Positions 25,353-34,218 of a stretch of DNA of 37,417 nt are shown here, one piece after another. The stretch covers positions 64,432-101,848 of the forward strand of contig CAZQNA010000008.1 in NCBI GenBank assembly GCA_964594835.1. The letters run 5' to 3'. The position numbers were made by a program, and so were the translations under genes. Origin of the DNA: an uncultured Nitrososphaerota archaeon (lineage in GTDB: Archaea > Korarchaeota > Korarchaeia > Korarchaeales > Korarchaeaceae). The notes below the pieces were generated by a model. It made no database searches, had not been told where the DNA came from, and worked only from the letters and a program-made list of their open reading frames with translations. Numbering within the stretch: position 1 is the stretch's first letter; every line of letters begins with the position of its first letter.

Positions 25353-26690
25353 TCAGTCGAACACGACCGACTCCCTCCCGAAGAACTTCGCGCTCGCCAC
25401 GAGGAAGGCGATCAGGTAGGCTAGCGAGGCCGCCCCGGAGATAGCGAGGGCCGCCATGTCCCCGGGGTTCACAATCAGGTCCCTCGCGAGCATGGCCACG
25501 GATGTTATCGGCAGCACCCTCATCGGACCGAGCAGCCTCGCCGGGGCGTAGGGGACCGCTATCATCGGGAGGACCATGATGCCCGTGATGGCCCCGACGT
25601 ACTGCTGGGCCTCCTTGAAGCTCCTCGCGAAGCTGGCCCCCATGACCACGATCGCGTTGCCCGTGAGCGCCGCCAGGAGCATCGCGGCCCCTATCCCCAG
25701 TAGGATCGCGGTCGGGCTCGCCCCCTGTGGGAATATCTTAGAGAGGGATGCCAGGCCGAAGCCCGCCCTCTCGGCCGCCTCCGCGGCCTGGGGAGGCACG
25801 AACTCCTCCATGGGGACGGCGACGGCCATGAACCCGACGCTGAGCACAACCGACACTATGGTGGATGCCCCCATCACGGCCGCCAGGGCCGTCAGGGCGA
25901 CGTACTTCCCAGTCAGGATTGAGAGCCTGCTTACTGGGGCCGTCAGGAGGGCCTCGATCGTCCTCCTCTCCCTCTCCCCGGCCACCATGTCCAGGGCGAA
26001 CGAGCTGGCCCCGGTTATCGCCAGCACCCCGACCATCATCGGCAGGAGCATGACCCCGAACATGGACTCGGTCGTTGCTGCCGCACCGGTCGCCGTCACC
26101 TGGTAGCTGATCGCCCTTATGGGCTCCACGAACTCCTCTGAGAGGTTGAGGGACCTGAGCCTCTCGCTGACTATCTCCCTGCTGTACTCCTCCACCACGC
26201 CCTGGACCAGCGCCATGGCCGTTGAGGACTTGAGCTGGTAGGGGTCATAGAGGTAGATCACCCTGGCCGAGCCTCCCCTGGATATGTTGTCGGAGAAGCC
26301 CCCGGGTATGACCACGACGAGGTCGACGAGGCCCCTGAGGATGGCGTCCGTGGCGTTGAACCCGGGGGTCCTCACGGTGAAGTTCCCCGGCACCTCGCTC
26401 GTTATCCTCTCCACGAGGGGGAGGGCCCCAGGGTCGGCCGGCACTATGGCTATCCTGGGCGGGGACGTCTTCGGGCTGATGAACAGCATCGGTAGGCCGA
26501 CGGCGATCGGCATGAGGATCATCGGGAGGAGGATGGCGTTGAATATCGTCCTCCTATCTCTTATGGCCTCCGTCAGCTCCTTCCAGGCGACGACCAGCCA
26601 GGGCCTGTTTGGGAGCGAGTAGCCGAAGTCGGCAAGCCCCCTCGTGAATCTGACCACGCCCCCGGATCCGGAACCCCTCCTGAGCCTCAC
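25353..26690 (-). CDS. ABC-2 exporter permease (NatB-like)
   Basis: KELTEAIRDRRT, AGERERRTIEALLTAPVSR..ILTGK, ARSFKEAQ. Confidence 0.88.
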   Translation of the reverse strand: MRLRRGSGSGGVVRFTRGLADFGYSLPNRPWLVVAWKELTEAIRDRRTIFNAILLPMILMPIAVGLPMLFISPKTSPPRIAIVPADPGALPLVERITSEVPGNFTVRTPGFNATDAILRGLVDLVVVIPGGFSDNISRGGSARVIYLYDPYQLKSSTAMALVQGVVEEYSREIVSERLRSLNLSEEFVEPIRAISYQVTATGAAATTESMFGVMLLPMMVGVLAITGASSFALDMVAGERERRTIEALLTAPVSRLSILTGKYVALTALAAVMGASTIVSVVLSVGFMAVAVPMEEFVPPQAAEAAERAGFGLASLSKIFPQGASPTAILLGIGAAMLLAALTGNAIVVMGASFARSFKEAQQYVGAITGIMVLPMIAVPYAPARLLGPMRVLPITSVAMLARDLIVNPGDMAALAISGAASLAYLIAFLVASAKFFGRESVVFD

Positions 26691-27427
26691 TCCGCCGCCT
26701 CACCCCTTATCAGCCTGACGAAGACCTCCTCGAACTCCTCCTCCCCGGTCAGCCTCTCGAGTTCCTCAACCGACCCGACGTAGATCAGCCTGCCCCGGTT
26801 TATGATCCCAACCCGCGTGCACAGCTGCTGGACCTCCCACATGTTGTGGGTGCTTATCACCACGGTCCTGCCCTCGGAGGCGTACTCCGAGATCATGGAC
26901 CTGATCTCCCTGGCGCTCATCACGTCGACCCCGGATGTGGGCTCGTCCAGCAGGAGTATGTCGGGCTCCTGGAGGACGGCCCGCGCGAAGGCCAGCTTCC
27001 TCTTCATTCCCTTTGAGAGCTTGTCCGCGAGCACGTACCTCTTCTCGGCCAGCCCGAGCCTCTCAAGGAGGGCGAGGACCCTCCGCCTCAGCTCGCCCTC
27101 GGGCATCCCCCTAAGCTTTCCGAAGTAGACCAGGTTCTCCTCCGCAGTGAGCCTGGAGTATATCCCGGTGTCCTCCGGCATCACGCCGAGGTGCGCCCTC
27201 GCGCCCACCGGATCCTCGCGGACGCTCCTGCCCATCACCACCACGTCGCCCGCCGTCGGCCTAAGCACCCCGTAGATCATCCTGAGGGTGGTGGTCTTCC
27301 CCGCCCCGTTCGGGCCGAGGAAGCCGAAGATCTCGCCCTCCTCAACCTGGAACGTGACCCCGTCGACGGCGGTGAGGTCTCCGAACCTCTTCGTGAGGCG
27401 CAGAACTTCCAGCGCGGGCATCCCCAC
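26687..27427 (-). CDS. ABC exporter ATP-binding subunit (NatA-like)
   Basis: GPNGAGKTT, LSKGMKRK, LLDEPTSG, STH. Confidence 0.92.
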   Translation of the reverse strand: MGMPALEVLRLTKRFGDLTAVDGVTFQVEEGEIFGFLGPNGAGKTTTLRMIYGVLRPTAGDVVVMGRSVREDPVGARAHLGVMPEDTGIYSRLTAEENLVYFGKLRGMPEGELRRRVLALLERLGLAEKRYVLADKLSKGMKRKLAFARAVLQEPDILLLDEPTSGVDVMSAREIRSMISEYASEGRTVVISTHNMWEVQQLCTRVGIINRGRLIYVGSVEELERLTGEEEFEEVFVRLIRGEAAE

Positions 27428-27477
27428 TTGGCTCGCGTCGCGAGCTGCTTAAAACTGTAGTCGGTGGAGGGGACCAG

Positions 27478-28776
27478 ATGAGGGTCAGGGGGGCCCTGCT
27501 GATCGCCGTGACCGTCGCCGCGCTCCTCACCTCGGCCGCGGGGCCTGCCGCGGCTCAGGAGGTCAGGCCGTACCTACCGGTGCTCTGGGCCTACCCCGAG
27601 GCCGTAAGGCAGGGCGGGGAGTTCGTCGTCGAGTACAACCTGTCGAAGAGCGTCCTGATTGGAGGAGGGACCCTGAGGTCGACCAACACCATGAAGAGCG
27701 CGGAGGTGAGCCTGATGATCCCGCTGAACATGCCCTATAACATAACGCGGGTGGCCGTCCTAGACCCAGACTTCAACCCCATAACCAATGCCACGGTCGA
27801 GGGCTCCACGATCAGGGTCTCGGCCCAGAAGATTGGCGTGATCTCCGTGAGGGCCAGGGTGATAGTCCCGCTCTCCGTCGCCCCCGGGGACTACACCATC
27901 TACGTCAGGGCCAGGGCGGAGGAGGAGACCCCCAACGGGACGATCATCGACGTGGACCACTCGAGGAGCGTGAAGGTCTCCGTGGTACCCTGGGCCCCCG
28001 GGGTGACGCTGGAGGTCCAGCCGAGGGAGATCGAGCCCCCGGGCACCCTGACCGTCAGGCTGACCATAGCTAACGTCGAGGACGCGTGGGTCCTCGACCC
28101 TGAGACGGGGCTCCTGTCGAGGAGGGGACTGAGGGTGACCGGGTGCAACCTGACGATCCGATCCACGCTCCTGGAGGAGCCCATCGTGGAGAGCGTGGGG
28201 TCCGTGGGGCCGTCCGAGGTGAAGTTGGTCAGCAGGTCCTTCATGATCGGCTCGGACGTTCAGGCTGGCAGGCACACCCTGATACTCATCCTGAGGTACT
28301 CGTACGACGGCTCCAGCTCGGCCGCGGCGCTCACCAGGGAGGTGAGGGTGGTGAAGAACGCCCAGCTCTCGATTCAGCCCGTCGGCGACGGGCTGGAGGC
28401 CGTCTCCGGGGGCCAGCTTAACCTGACCCTTAGGGTCTCAAACGACTCCCCCTGGAACGTGTCCTCCGTCTCGCTCTCGGTCGCCCTGGGGGATCAGAGG
28501 AGGGAGGTTGAGATCGGCCCACTCAGGTCCTACGAGGCCAAGGTGGTCTCGGTCATCATGCAGGCACCAGAGCCTGGGAACTACACGGCGAGGGCGACGG
28601 CGACCTGGGTGAACCCCTACCCGGCGGTCGAGATGAACTCCACCGTGGAGATACCGGTGAGGGTGAACCCCTCTGCCGGCGTGTCCGCCAGGCTCGTCGT
28701 GGCGGCCGCCCTGGCCGTTGGAGTCGCCGCGGCGGCGGTGAGGCTGATTGGCTCGAAGAAGGCAGGTGAGCACTAG
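27478..28776 (+). CDS. Secreted cell-surface protein with Ig-like (COG1361/CARDB-like) domains and C-terminal membrane anchor
   Basis: Signal peptide (..AAAQ), beta-rich repeats with PGDY/PGNY, sequons, C-terminal TM followed by KK. Confidence 0.7.
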   Translation: MRVRGALLIAVTVAALLTSAAGPAAAQEVRPYLPVLWAYPEAVRQGGEFVVEYNLSKSVLIGGGTLRSTNTMKSAEVSLMIPLNMPYNITRVAVLDPDFNPITNATVEGSTIRVSAQKIGVISVRARVIVPLSVAPGDYTIYVRARAEEETPNGTIIDVDHSRSVKVSVVPWAPGVTLEVQPREIEPPGTLTVRLTIANVEDAWVLDPETGLLSRRGLRVTGCNLTIRSTLLEEPIVESVGSVGPSEVKLVSRSFMIGSDVQAGRHTLILILRYSYDGSSSAAALTREVRVVKNAQLSIQPVGDGLEAVSGGQLNLTLRVSNDSPWNVSSVSLSVALGDQRREVEIGPLRSYEAKVVSVIMQAPEPGNYTARATATWVNPYPAVEMNSTVEIPVRVNPSAGVSARLVVAAALAVGVAAAAVRLIGSKKAGEH

Positions 28777-29482
28777 GCTGCTGGACGAGGAGGTGAGGAG
28801 GCTCTCGTCGATCCTCGAGGCGGAGCGGGCGGAGTTCCTCGAGCCGGGGAGGTACGAGCTGCTCAGGGCAAGGGTCGACGGAGAGCTGATCGTCGTCTAC
28901 AGGACGGGCAAGGCCGTGTACCACGAGGGCCTCGTCAGCCTGGTGGAGAGGGCCATGATCAGGCCCCAGGGGATCGAGGTGGGGTCTGACGAGGCCGGGA
29001 AGGGGGAGTCTGAGGGGCCGATCGTGGTGGCCGCCGTGGCCCTCGACCCGGAGGCGGCCGTGTGGCTCAGGGCCAGGGGGATGACCGAGACCAAGTCCAT
29101 CCCGCGGGGCGAGATCTCCGCCGTGGCTGCCATGATAGAGGAGAGGTGCCTGAGCAGCGCCTTGAGGCTGGTGAGCCCAGAGGAGTTCTCCGAGGTCTGG
29201 GTGAGGGGGAACCTGAACAGGCTTCTGGCGGAGTGGCACCTGGAGGTCCTCGAGAGGGTGCTTGGCGAGGTGGAGAGGGTGGACGTCGTCGCCGTCGACG
29301 CCTTCGACGCGGGCGGCCTGGAGTCCCGGCTCAGGGAGGTCGTCCCGGCCGGCGCCGCGCTCGTGGTCGAGCCCAGGGCGGACGAGAGGTTCCCGTCGGT
29401 GGCCGCCGCCAGCGTCCTGGCTCGGGCCAGGAGGGAGGAGGCCATGAGGTCGGGGCTCACGGGCCGGAAGTGGCGATCCTGA
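28766..29482 (+). CDS. Type 2 ribonuclease H with an RNase HIII-like N-terminal domain
   Basis: GSDEAGKG..GPIVVAAV, NLNRLLA, VDAF, ADERFPSVAAASVLAR; N-terminal 'IVVYRTGKAVY'. Confidence 0.8.
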   Translation: MSTRLLDEEVRRLSSILEAERAEFLEPGRYELLRARVDGELIVVYRTGKAVYHEGLVSLVERAMIRPQGIEVGSDEAGKGESEGPIVVAAVALDPEAAVWLRARGMTETKSIPRGEISAVAAMIEERCLSSALRLVSPEEFSEVWVRGNLNRLLAEWHLEVLERVLGEVERVDVVAVDAFDAGGLESRLREVVPAGAALVVEPRADERFPSVAAASVLARARREEAMRSGLTGRKWRS

Positions 29483-30743
29483 CGGCCTCGGCGTGGGCGG
29501 TAAGCCCCTCCAGCCTGGCGAGCCCGGCCACCAGCTCGGCGAGTTCCCTGGCGCCGGAGGGGCTGACCCTCCCGTGGGCCACCGGCCTGAGGAAGCTGTG
29601 AACGGTCAGGGCCCCGTACCTCCGGGCGTGCCCCCCGCTGGGAAGCAGCTGGTTTATCCCGAGGGCGTAGTCGCCGAAGGCGCTCACGGTGTACGGCCCC
29701 ACGAAGACGGCCCCGGCCTTCCTTATCTCCGGGGCCAGCGAGGAGTCCCTGGCGGAGAGGACCGTCACCCTCTCGGGGGCTATGACGTTAACGGCCTCGA
29801 CAGCCTCCTCAAGGCTCTCGAAGAGCAGTATGGCCCCCCTGCCGTTCAGGGCCTCTCTGGCGACGCCCCCCCTGTCGAGGGAGGACGCCATCTCCTCCAT
29901 TATCTCGACGACCTCCTCGACCAGCCGCTCGTCGTCGGTCAACAGGAGGACCATGGAGTCCACGTCATGCTCGGCCTGCGCTATCATCTCCGCCGCGACG
30001 ACCCTAGGGTTGGCGGTCGAGTCGGCCAGGACGGCCGTCTCTGAGGGGCCAGACGGCATGTCCACGGGAACGTCCGAGGCTACCAGCTGCTTGGCGGCCA
30101 TGAAGTAGCTGTCCCCGGACCCGAAGATCTTCTCGACGGCGGGTATCTTGGAGGTGCCGTAGGCCATGGCGGCCACGGCCACCGGCCCGCCCACCCTGTA
30201 GATCTCGCCTATCTCGAGTATCCCGCAGGCGGCCAGGAGGGTGGGGTGGACCCTCCCCCCGGGGAGAGGGGGGGTGAAGACGGCCACCTCCCTCACACCG
30301 GCCACCGCGGCCGGTATGGCGGCGAAGAGGAGGGTGGAGACGTAGGCCACCTCGTCGTGCTCGGGGACGTGCACCCCAACCCTCTCAAGGGGCTCCCAGG
30401 AGATCCACGCCTCTCCCCACGGGTACTCCTTCGAGTACCTCCCCGGGACCTGCCCCCTGTGGAAGTCCTCGATTATCTCGGCGGCCTCCTCTATGAGCCT
30501 CCTGTCATCCGGGGAGAGCTTGGAGAGGGCGTCCTCAATCTCCCACCTGGAGACCCTGAAGTCCTCAGGCGAGAGCTCCACCCCGTAGAACTTGACGAGG
30601 TGCTCGGCCACGGCGGAGTCTCCCCTTATCCTCACATCCCTCATCACGGGCTCGACGGCCTCCCTGAAGAGCCAGCTCTCAATATCCCTCGTCTCCAGAG
30701 ATGCGACGTACTTCCAGGCCTCGTCTCCCCTGACTACCCTCAT
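29457..30743 (-). CDS. hisD: Histidinol dehydrogenase homologue (divergent active site)
   Basis: VRIRGD.A, PLERVG, IPAAVAGV, DMPSGPSE, QAEHD, GDY, EGLTAHA; key substitutions described in findings. Confidence 0.75.
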   Translation of the reverse strand: MRVVRGDEAWKYVASLETRDIESWLFREAVEPVMRDVRIRGDSAVAEHLVKFYGVELSPEDFRVSRWEIEDALSKLSPDDRRLIEEAAEIIEDFHRGQVPGRYSKEYPWGEAWISWEPLERVGVHVPEHDEVAYVSTLLFAAIPAAVAGVREVAVFTPPLPGGRVHPTLLAACGILEIGEIYRVGGPVAVAAMAYGTSKIPAVEKIFGSGDSYFMAAKQLVASDVPVDMPSGPSETAVLADSTANPRVVAAEMIAQAEHDVDSMVLLLTDDERLVEEVVEIMEEMASSLDRGGVAREALNGRGAILLFESLEEAVEAVNVIAPERVTVLSARDSSLAPEIRKAGAVFVGPYTVSAFGDYALGINQLLPSGGHARRYGALTVHSFLRPVAHGRVSPSGARELAELVAGLARLEGLTAHAEAVRIATSGP

Positions 30744-30779
30744 GAGAGCCACCGGCCCACGGAACACTCCCGGCTTACC

Positions 30780-30786
30780 TTTTATA
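30780..30786. promoter_or_regulatory. TATA box (TTTTATA), likely for sRNA candidate 2 and possibly the divergent hisD
   Basis: 22-28 nt upstream of 30808; reads TATAAAA on the minus strand. Confidence 0.6.
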
Positions 30787-30807
30787 CCGAGCTATCGGCC
30801 CGTCGAA

Positions 30808-30866
30808 GGGGGATGAAGAGGCCATCCCAGAGTGAACGGTGATCGCACCTGGGGTAACGGACCCCC
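30808..30866 (+). ncRNA. Box C/D methylation-guide sRNA (candidate 2)
   Basis: Stem GGGGG/CCCCC; C ATGAAGA 30813-19; 12-nt guide; D' GTGA 30832-35; C' GTGATCG 30839-45; 12-nt guide; D CGGA 30858-61; TATA upstream. Confidence 0.75.
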
Positions 30867-30930
30867 GGAATCCACATTCGCCGCTTGGCGGTTCATGCTT
30901 ATAGCGTGGGACGGCGGACTGAGCTCGTCC

Positions 30931-32448
30931 ATGAGGGCGCGACTGGCCGCCTGCATAGCGCTGCCGATCCTCCTACTGGCAGCAGTACCGTCGGTCGCTC
31001 AGCCCCTGGAGCTGAGGGGGATCTGCCCCCTCTCGGCCCTCCTCACGGTGTCCGGCTACCCCAGGGCGACCATCGTGGTCGGGGACTCCGCCGCCGAGGA
31101 GGACTGGGCGGCGGCCGCGGAGCTCGCCGACTACGTGAGGTACAGGCTCGGCGGAGAGGCCGTGGTCCTCTCAGCCTCGAACGTCACGCCCTCGGACCTC
31201 CGGGAGAGGCCCGTGATCCTGGTGGGGGGACCTGTGGCCAACAGGTACGCCGAGCTTCCGAATGAGGAGGCCCCCCTCAGGTTCGTCATGGTGGGCAGGC
31301 TGTGGACCGTTCGGACCCCCGACAACAGGCACTTCGGCGGGATGTACCACTTTGGCTTCGCCCAGGCCACGGTGAACCCCTGGAACCCGGAACTCCCCCT
31401 AGTCTGGGTGGCCGGGGTCGACAGGTACGGAACACTCGGGGCCGTTCGGGGCCTCCTGGCCTACGAGTGCAGGAACTCGCGGGTCGGCGCGGTCCTGTTC
31501 GTCACCTATGACGACGGCAGGGTCAGGGTGAGGGACGAGTTCCTGGCCCCCAGGAGGCCTGCCATCTGGAGTTCACCCCCGATGTCCGCGGCCTTCCTGA
31601 ACGCCCACACGAACTGCTCCTCCGTCCTTTTGACGGACGCGGAGGAGAGGGTCTGGATGATCAACGCCTCCTACAGGGGGTGGCTCGTGCCCTGCATGGT
31701 GGATCAGGACACCTTCCCCATAGACTCCAGGTTCAACGCCGTTCACATCTCCAACTCGAGCGGCAGCACCGTTAAGATCTACCTCGGCGTCTACGCCGAC
31801 GCCGACGGCCGGTCCGCCAGGATCAGGCTCACCCCAGAGGATCTCCTGAGGTGGAGGTCCTCCTGGCTCACGGCCGTGCCCGGCAGGGGGTGGGTCACCC
31901 TATACGCCGACAGCGAGAGGATGTTCGAGGACGACGTCGCCACCCTGCCCTGGACCGGAGGCCGGGTGGCCGTCAAGCTGAACACCCTGAGGACCGATGG
32001 CCTGACGGAGTTCGTGTTCTACGTCATGCCCGACGAGCTGGCGTTCAACTGGACCACCGTGAACATAAGCGAGGTTCAGTTCTTCGACGTGAAGCTCGAC
32101 GTCGGCCCGGACGGGGAGCCGACCACCATGAGGATAGAGCTCCTGGATCGAGACCCTAGCAGGGGGTGGATAACCATGAGGGTCTCCTTCACGCTCGACC
32201 TCGGAGACGGGCACCTCAACCTCTCGGACCCCGGGTCGGTGGGCGACGAGCTCCGGCTCGTCGACTCGGTCGGTGCCTTCCTGGAGATCGTGAGGAACCG
32301 CCTCTTCCTGGCCAGAGAGGGCCCGATCACGGTCCCCGTCTGCGTGGGCCTGGTGAGCCCCGGCGGGTCGGTGGACGTGAGCAGGCTCAACGTCTGCAGC
32401 GTCGCCAGGGTCGGCCTTTATGATTCAGTGGTGGCATACTCACCCTGA
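30931..32448 (+). CDS. Secreted protein with an archaeal S-layer-type domain
   Basis: Signal peptide; IVVGDSAAEEDWAAAAELA, VILVGGPVANRY, VAGVDRYGT resemble S-layer domains; TTATA about 30 nt upstream. Confidence 0.7.
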   Translation: MRARLAACIALPILLLAAVPSVAQPLELRGICPLSALLTVSGYPRATIVVGDSAAEEDWAAAAELADYVRYRLGGEAVVLSASNVTPSDLRERPVILVGGPVANRYAELPNEEAPLRFVMVGRLWTVRTPDNRHFGGMYHFGFAQATVNPWNPELPLVWVAGVDRYGTLGAVRGLLAYECRNSRVGAVLFVTYDDGRVRVRDEFLAPRRPAIWSSPPMSAAFLNAHTNCSSVLLTDAEERVWMINASYRGWLVPCMVDQDTFPIDSRFNAVHISNSSGSTVKIYLGVYADADGRSARIRLTPEDLLRWRSSWLTAVPGRGWVTLYADSERMFEDDVATLPWTGGRVAVKLNTLRTDGLTEFVFYVMPDELAFNWTTVNISEVQFFDVKLDVGPDGEPTTMRIELLDRDPSRGWITMRVSFTLDLGDGHLNLSDPGSVGDELRLVDSVGAFLEIVRNRLFLAREGPITVPVCVGLVSPGGSVDVSRLNVCSVARVGLYDSVVAYSP

Positions 32449-32454
32449 GCCGAG

Positions 32455-34203
32455 ATGAAAGAGGAGATCCGCAGGCTAGCCCTCGTGCACGCGGTGAGGA
32501 ACGCCCTCAAGTACGGCAGGGCGAGGCCAGGCCCAGTCATCGGGAAGGTCTTGGCCGACAGGCCGGACCTCAAGCAGAGAATAGCCGAGATCAGGGAGAT
32601 AGTTCAGCAGGTCGTCGAGGAGGTCAACTCCAAGCCCGAGGGGGAGATCCGGAGGATCGCCGAGGAGCTGGGCGTCCTGAGGGAGGAGAGGAGGGAGAAG
32701 GAAGAGAGGAAGTGGCCTCCACTGCCGAACGCCGAGAAGTACGAGAGGATCGTCACTCGGGTGGCCCCTGAGCCCAACGGGTATCCAACGCTGGGGCACG
32801 TGAAGGGGCTCATGGTCCCCTTCGTCTACGCCAGGCAGTACGGCGGAGAGTTCCACCTCAGGTTCGAGGACACAAACCCCAGGGTCGAGAGGCTCGAGTT
32901 CTACGACGCCATAAGGGAGGAGTTCCTCTCGATCACCGAGGCGGCAGAGAGGGTCCTCGGACTCGCACCCGGTAGGTGGGACCGCGAGATAGTCGAGTCC
33001 GACCACCTCCCCGAGCTGTACGGCCACGCGGAGCGGCTCATCAGGCAGGGCGACGCGTACGTCTGCACCTGCCCAGCCAGCGAGGTGAGGCTCAACAGGG
33101 CCCGGGGGAGGGGGTGCCCCCACAGGAGCCAGTCGGTCGAGGAGAACCTGGAGCTCTGGCAGGGGATGCTGGAGGGTAGGTTTGGTGAGGGGGAGGCCCA
33201 CCTCAGGCTGAAGACAGACATGAGGCACCCGAACCTGACCATGAGGGACCCCGGCATCTTCAGGATCATCGAGCACCCCCACCCCATCCACGGCGACAGG
33301 TACCGCGTCTACCCGAACTACGACTTCGCCGTCAGCGTGATGGACTCCCTGACCGGAGTGACCCACGCCTTCAGGAGCAAGGAGTTCGAGCCCCACGTGG
33401 ACGTGCAGAGGACCATCCTGGAGAGGCTGGGGCTCAGGCAATACGAGATGATCCAGTTCGGCAGGATAACCGTGGAGGGACTTCCGCTGTCCAAGAGGCA
33501 CATACGCCCCCTCATATCAGCGGGGATGCTGTGGGGGTGGGACGACCCGAGGATCCCCACGCTGAAGGGGCTGAAGAGGAGGGGCATAACGCCGGAGGCC
33601 CTCGTCCTGCTCATGTACGACATGGGGCCGAGCAAGGTCGACGCGACCGTGACCATAGACGCCATCGCGGCCTACAACAGGAAGTGGCTCGACCCGAGGG
33701 TGCCAAGGTACATGTTCGTGGCCGACCCCATCAAGGCCGAGATCGAGGGCGTGCCGGGGGACCTCGTGGCCGAGGTCAGGGTCCACCCGGACAGGCCGGA
33801 GATGGGCACACGCAGGATCGAGGTCCCGGGGAGAGACGGGGTCGCGAGGGTCTACGTCTCCTGGTCCGACCACAGGTCTCTGGAGCCGGGCCAGGAGATC
33901 AGGCTGAGGGGTCTGGCGAACGTCAGGGTGAGGAGCGTCATGCCCGACGGCCTCGCGCTCACGTACCTGCCCGAGGTCAGGACCGACGTGAAGATCATCC
34001 ACTGGGCCCCGATCGAGGGGGCCGTCCCTGCCGTGGCCATATCTCCCACGTCCGCCTACAGCTTCGAGTCCATCGGGGGGTTCGGCGAGCCAGCCATGTC
34101 CGAGCTCCGTGAGGGAGATCTCGTCCAGCTGATCAGGTTCGGGTTCGCTCGGGTGGACGGGAGGGACGGGGAGACCGTCAGGTTGATACGCTCTCACGGC
34201 TGA
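32455..34203 (+). CDS. gltX: Glutamate--tRNA ligase (archaeal type)
   Basis: RVAPEPNGYPTLGH, LRFEDTNP, YVCTC, MRDP, YPNYDFA, THAFRSKEF, LSKR, GWDDPR, QLIRFGFARVD. Confidence 0.95.
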   Translation: MKEEIRRLALVHAVRNALKYGRARPGPVIGKVLADRPDLKQRIAEIREIVQQVVEEVNSKPEGEIRRIAEELGVLREERREKEERKWPPLPNAEKYERIVTRVAPEPNGYPTLGHVKGLMVPFVYARQYGGEFHLRFEDTNPRVERLEFYDAIREEFLSITEAAERVLGLAPGRWDREIVESDHLPELYGHAERLIRQGDAYVCTCPASEVRLNRARGRGCPHRSQSVEENLELWQGMLEGRFGEGEAHLRLKTDMRHPNLTMRDPGIFRIIEHPHPIHGDRYRVYPNYDFAVSVMDSLTGVTHAFRSKEFEPHVDVQRTILERLGLRQYEMIQFGRITVEGLPLSKRHIRPLISAGMLWGWDDPRIPTLKGLKRRGITPEALVLLMYDMGPSKVDATVTIDAIAAYNRKWLDPRVPRYMFVADPIKAEIEGVPGDLVAEVRVHPDRPEMGTRRIEVPGRDGVARVYVSWSDHRSLEPGQEIRLRGLANVRVRSVMPDGLALTYLPEVRTDVKIIHWAPIEGAVPAVAISPTSAYSFESIGGFGEPAMSELREGDLVQLIRFGFARVDGRDGETVRLIRSHG

Positions 34204-34218
34204 GTTCGACGGTCAGCC

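Noticed and set aside
30832-30930. N-terminal extension of the S-layer-like ORF
   Set aside because: Overlaps the C/D sRNA candidate and a TATA box; the signal peptide begins at ATG 30931.
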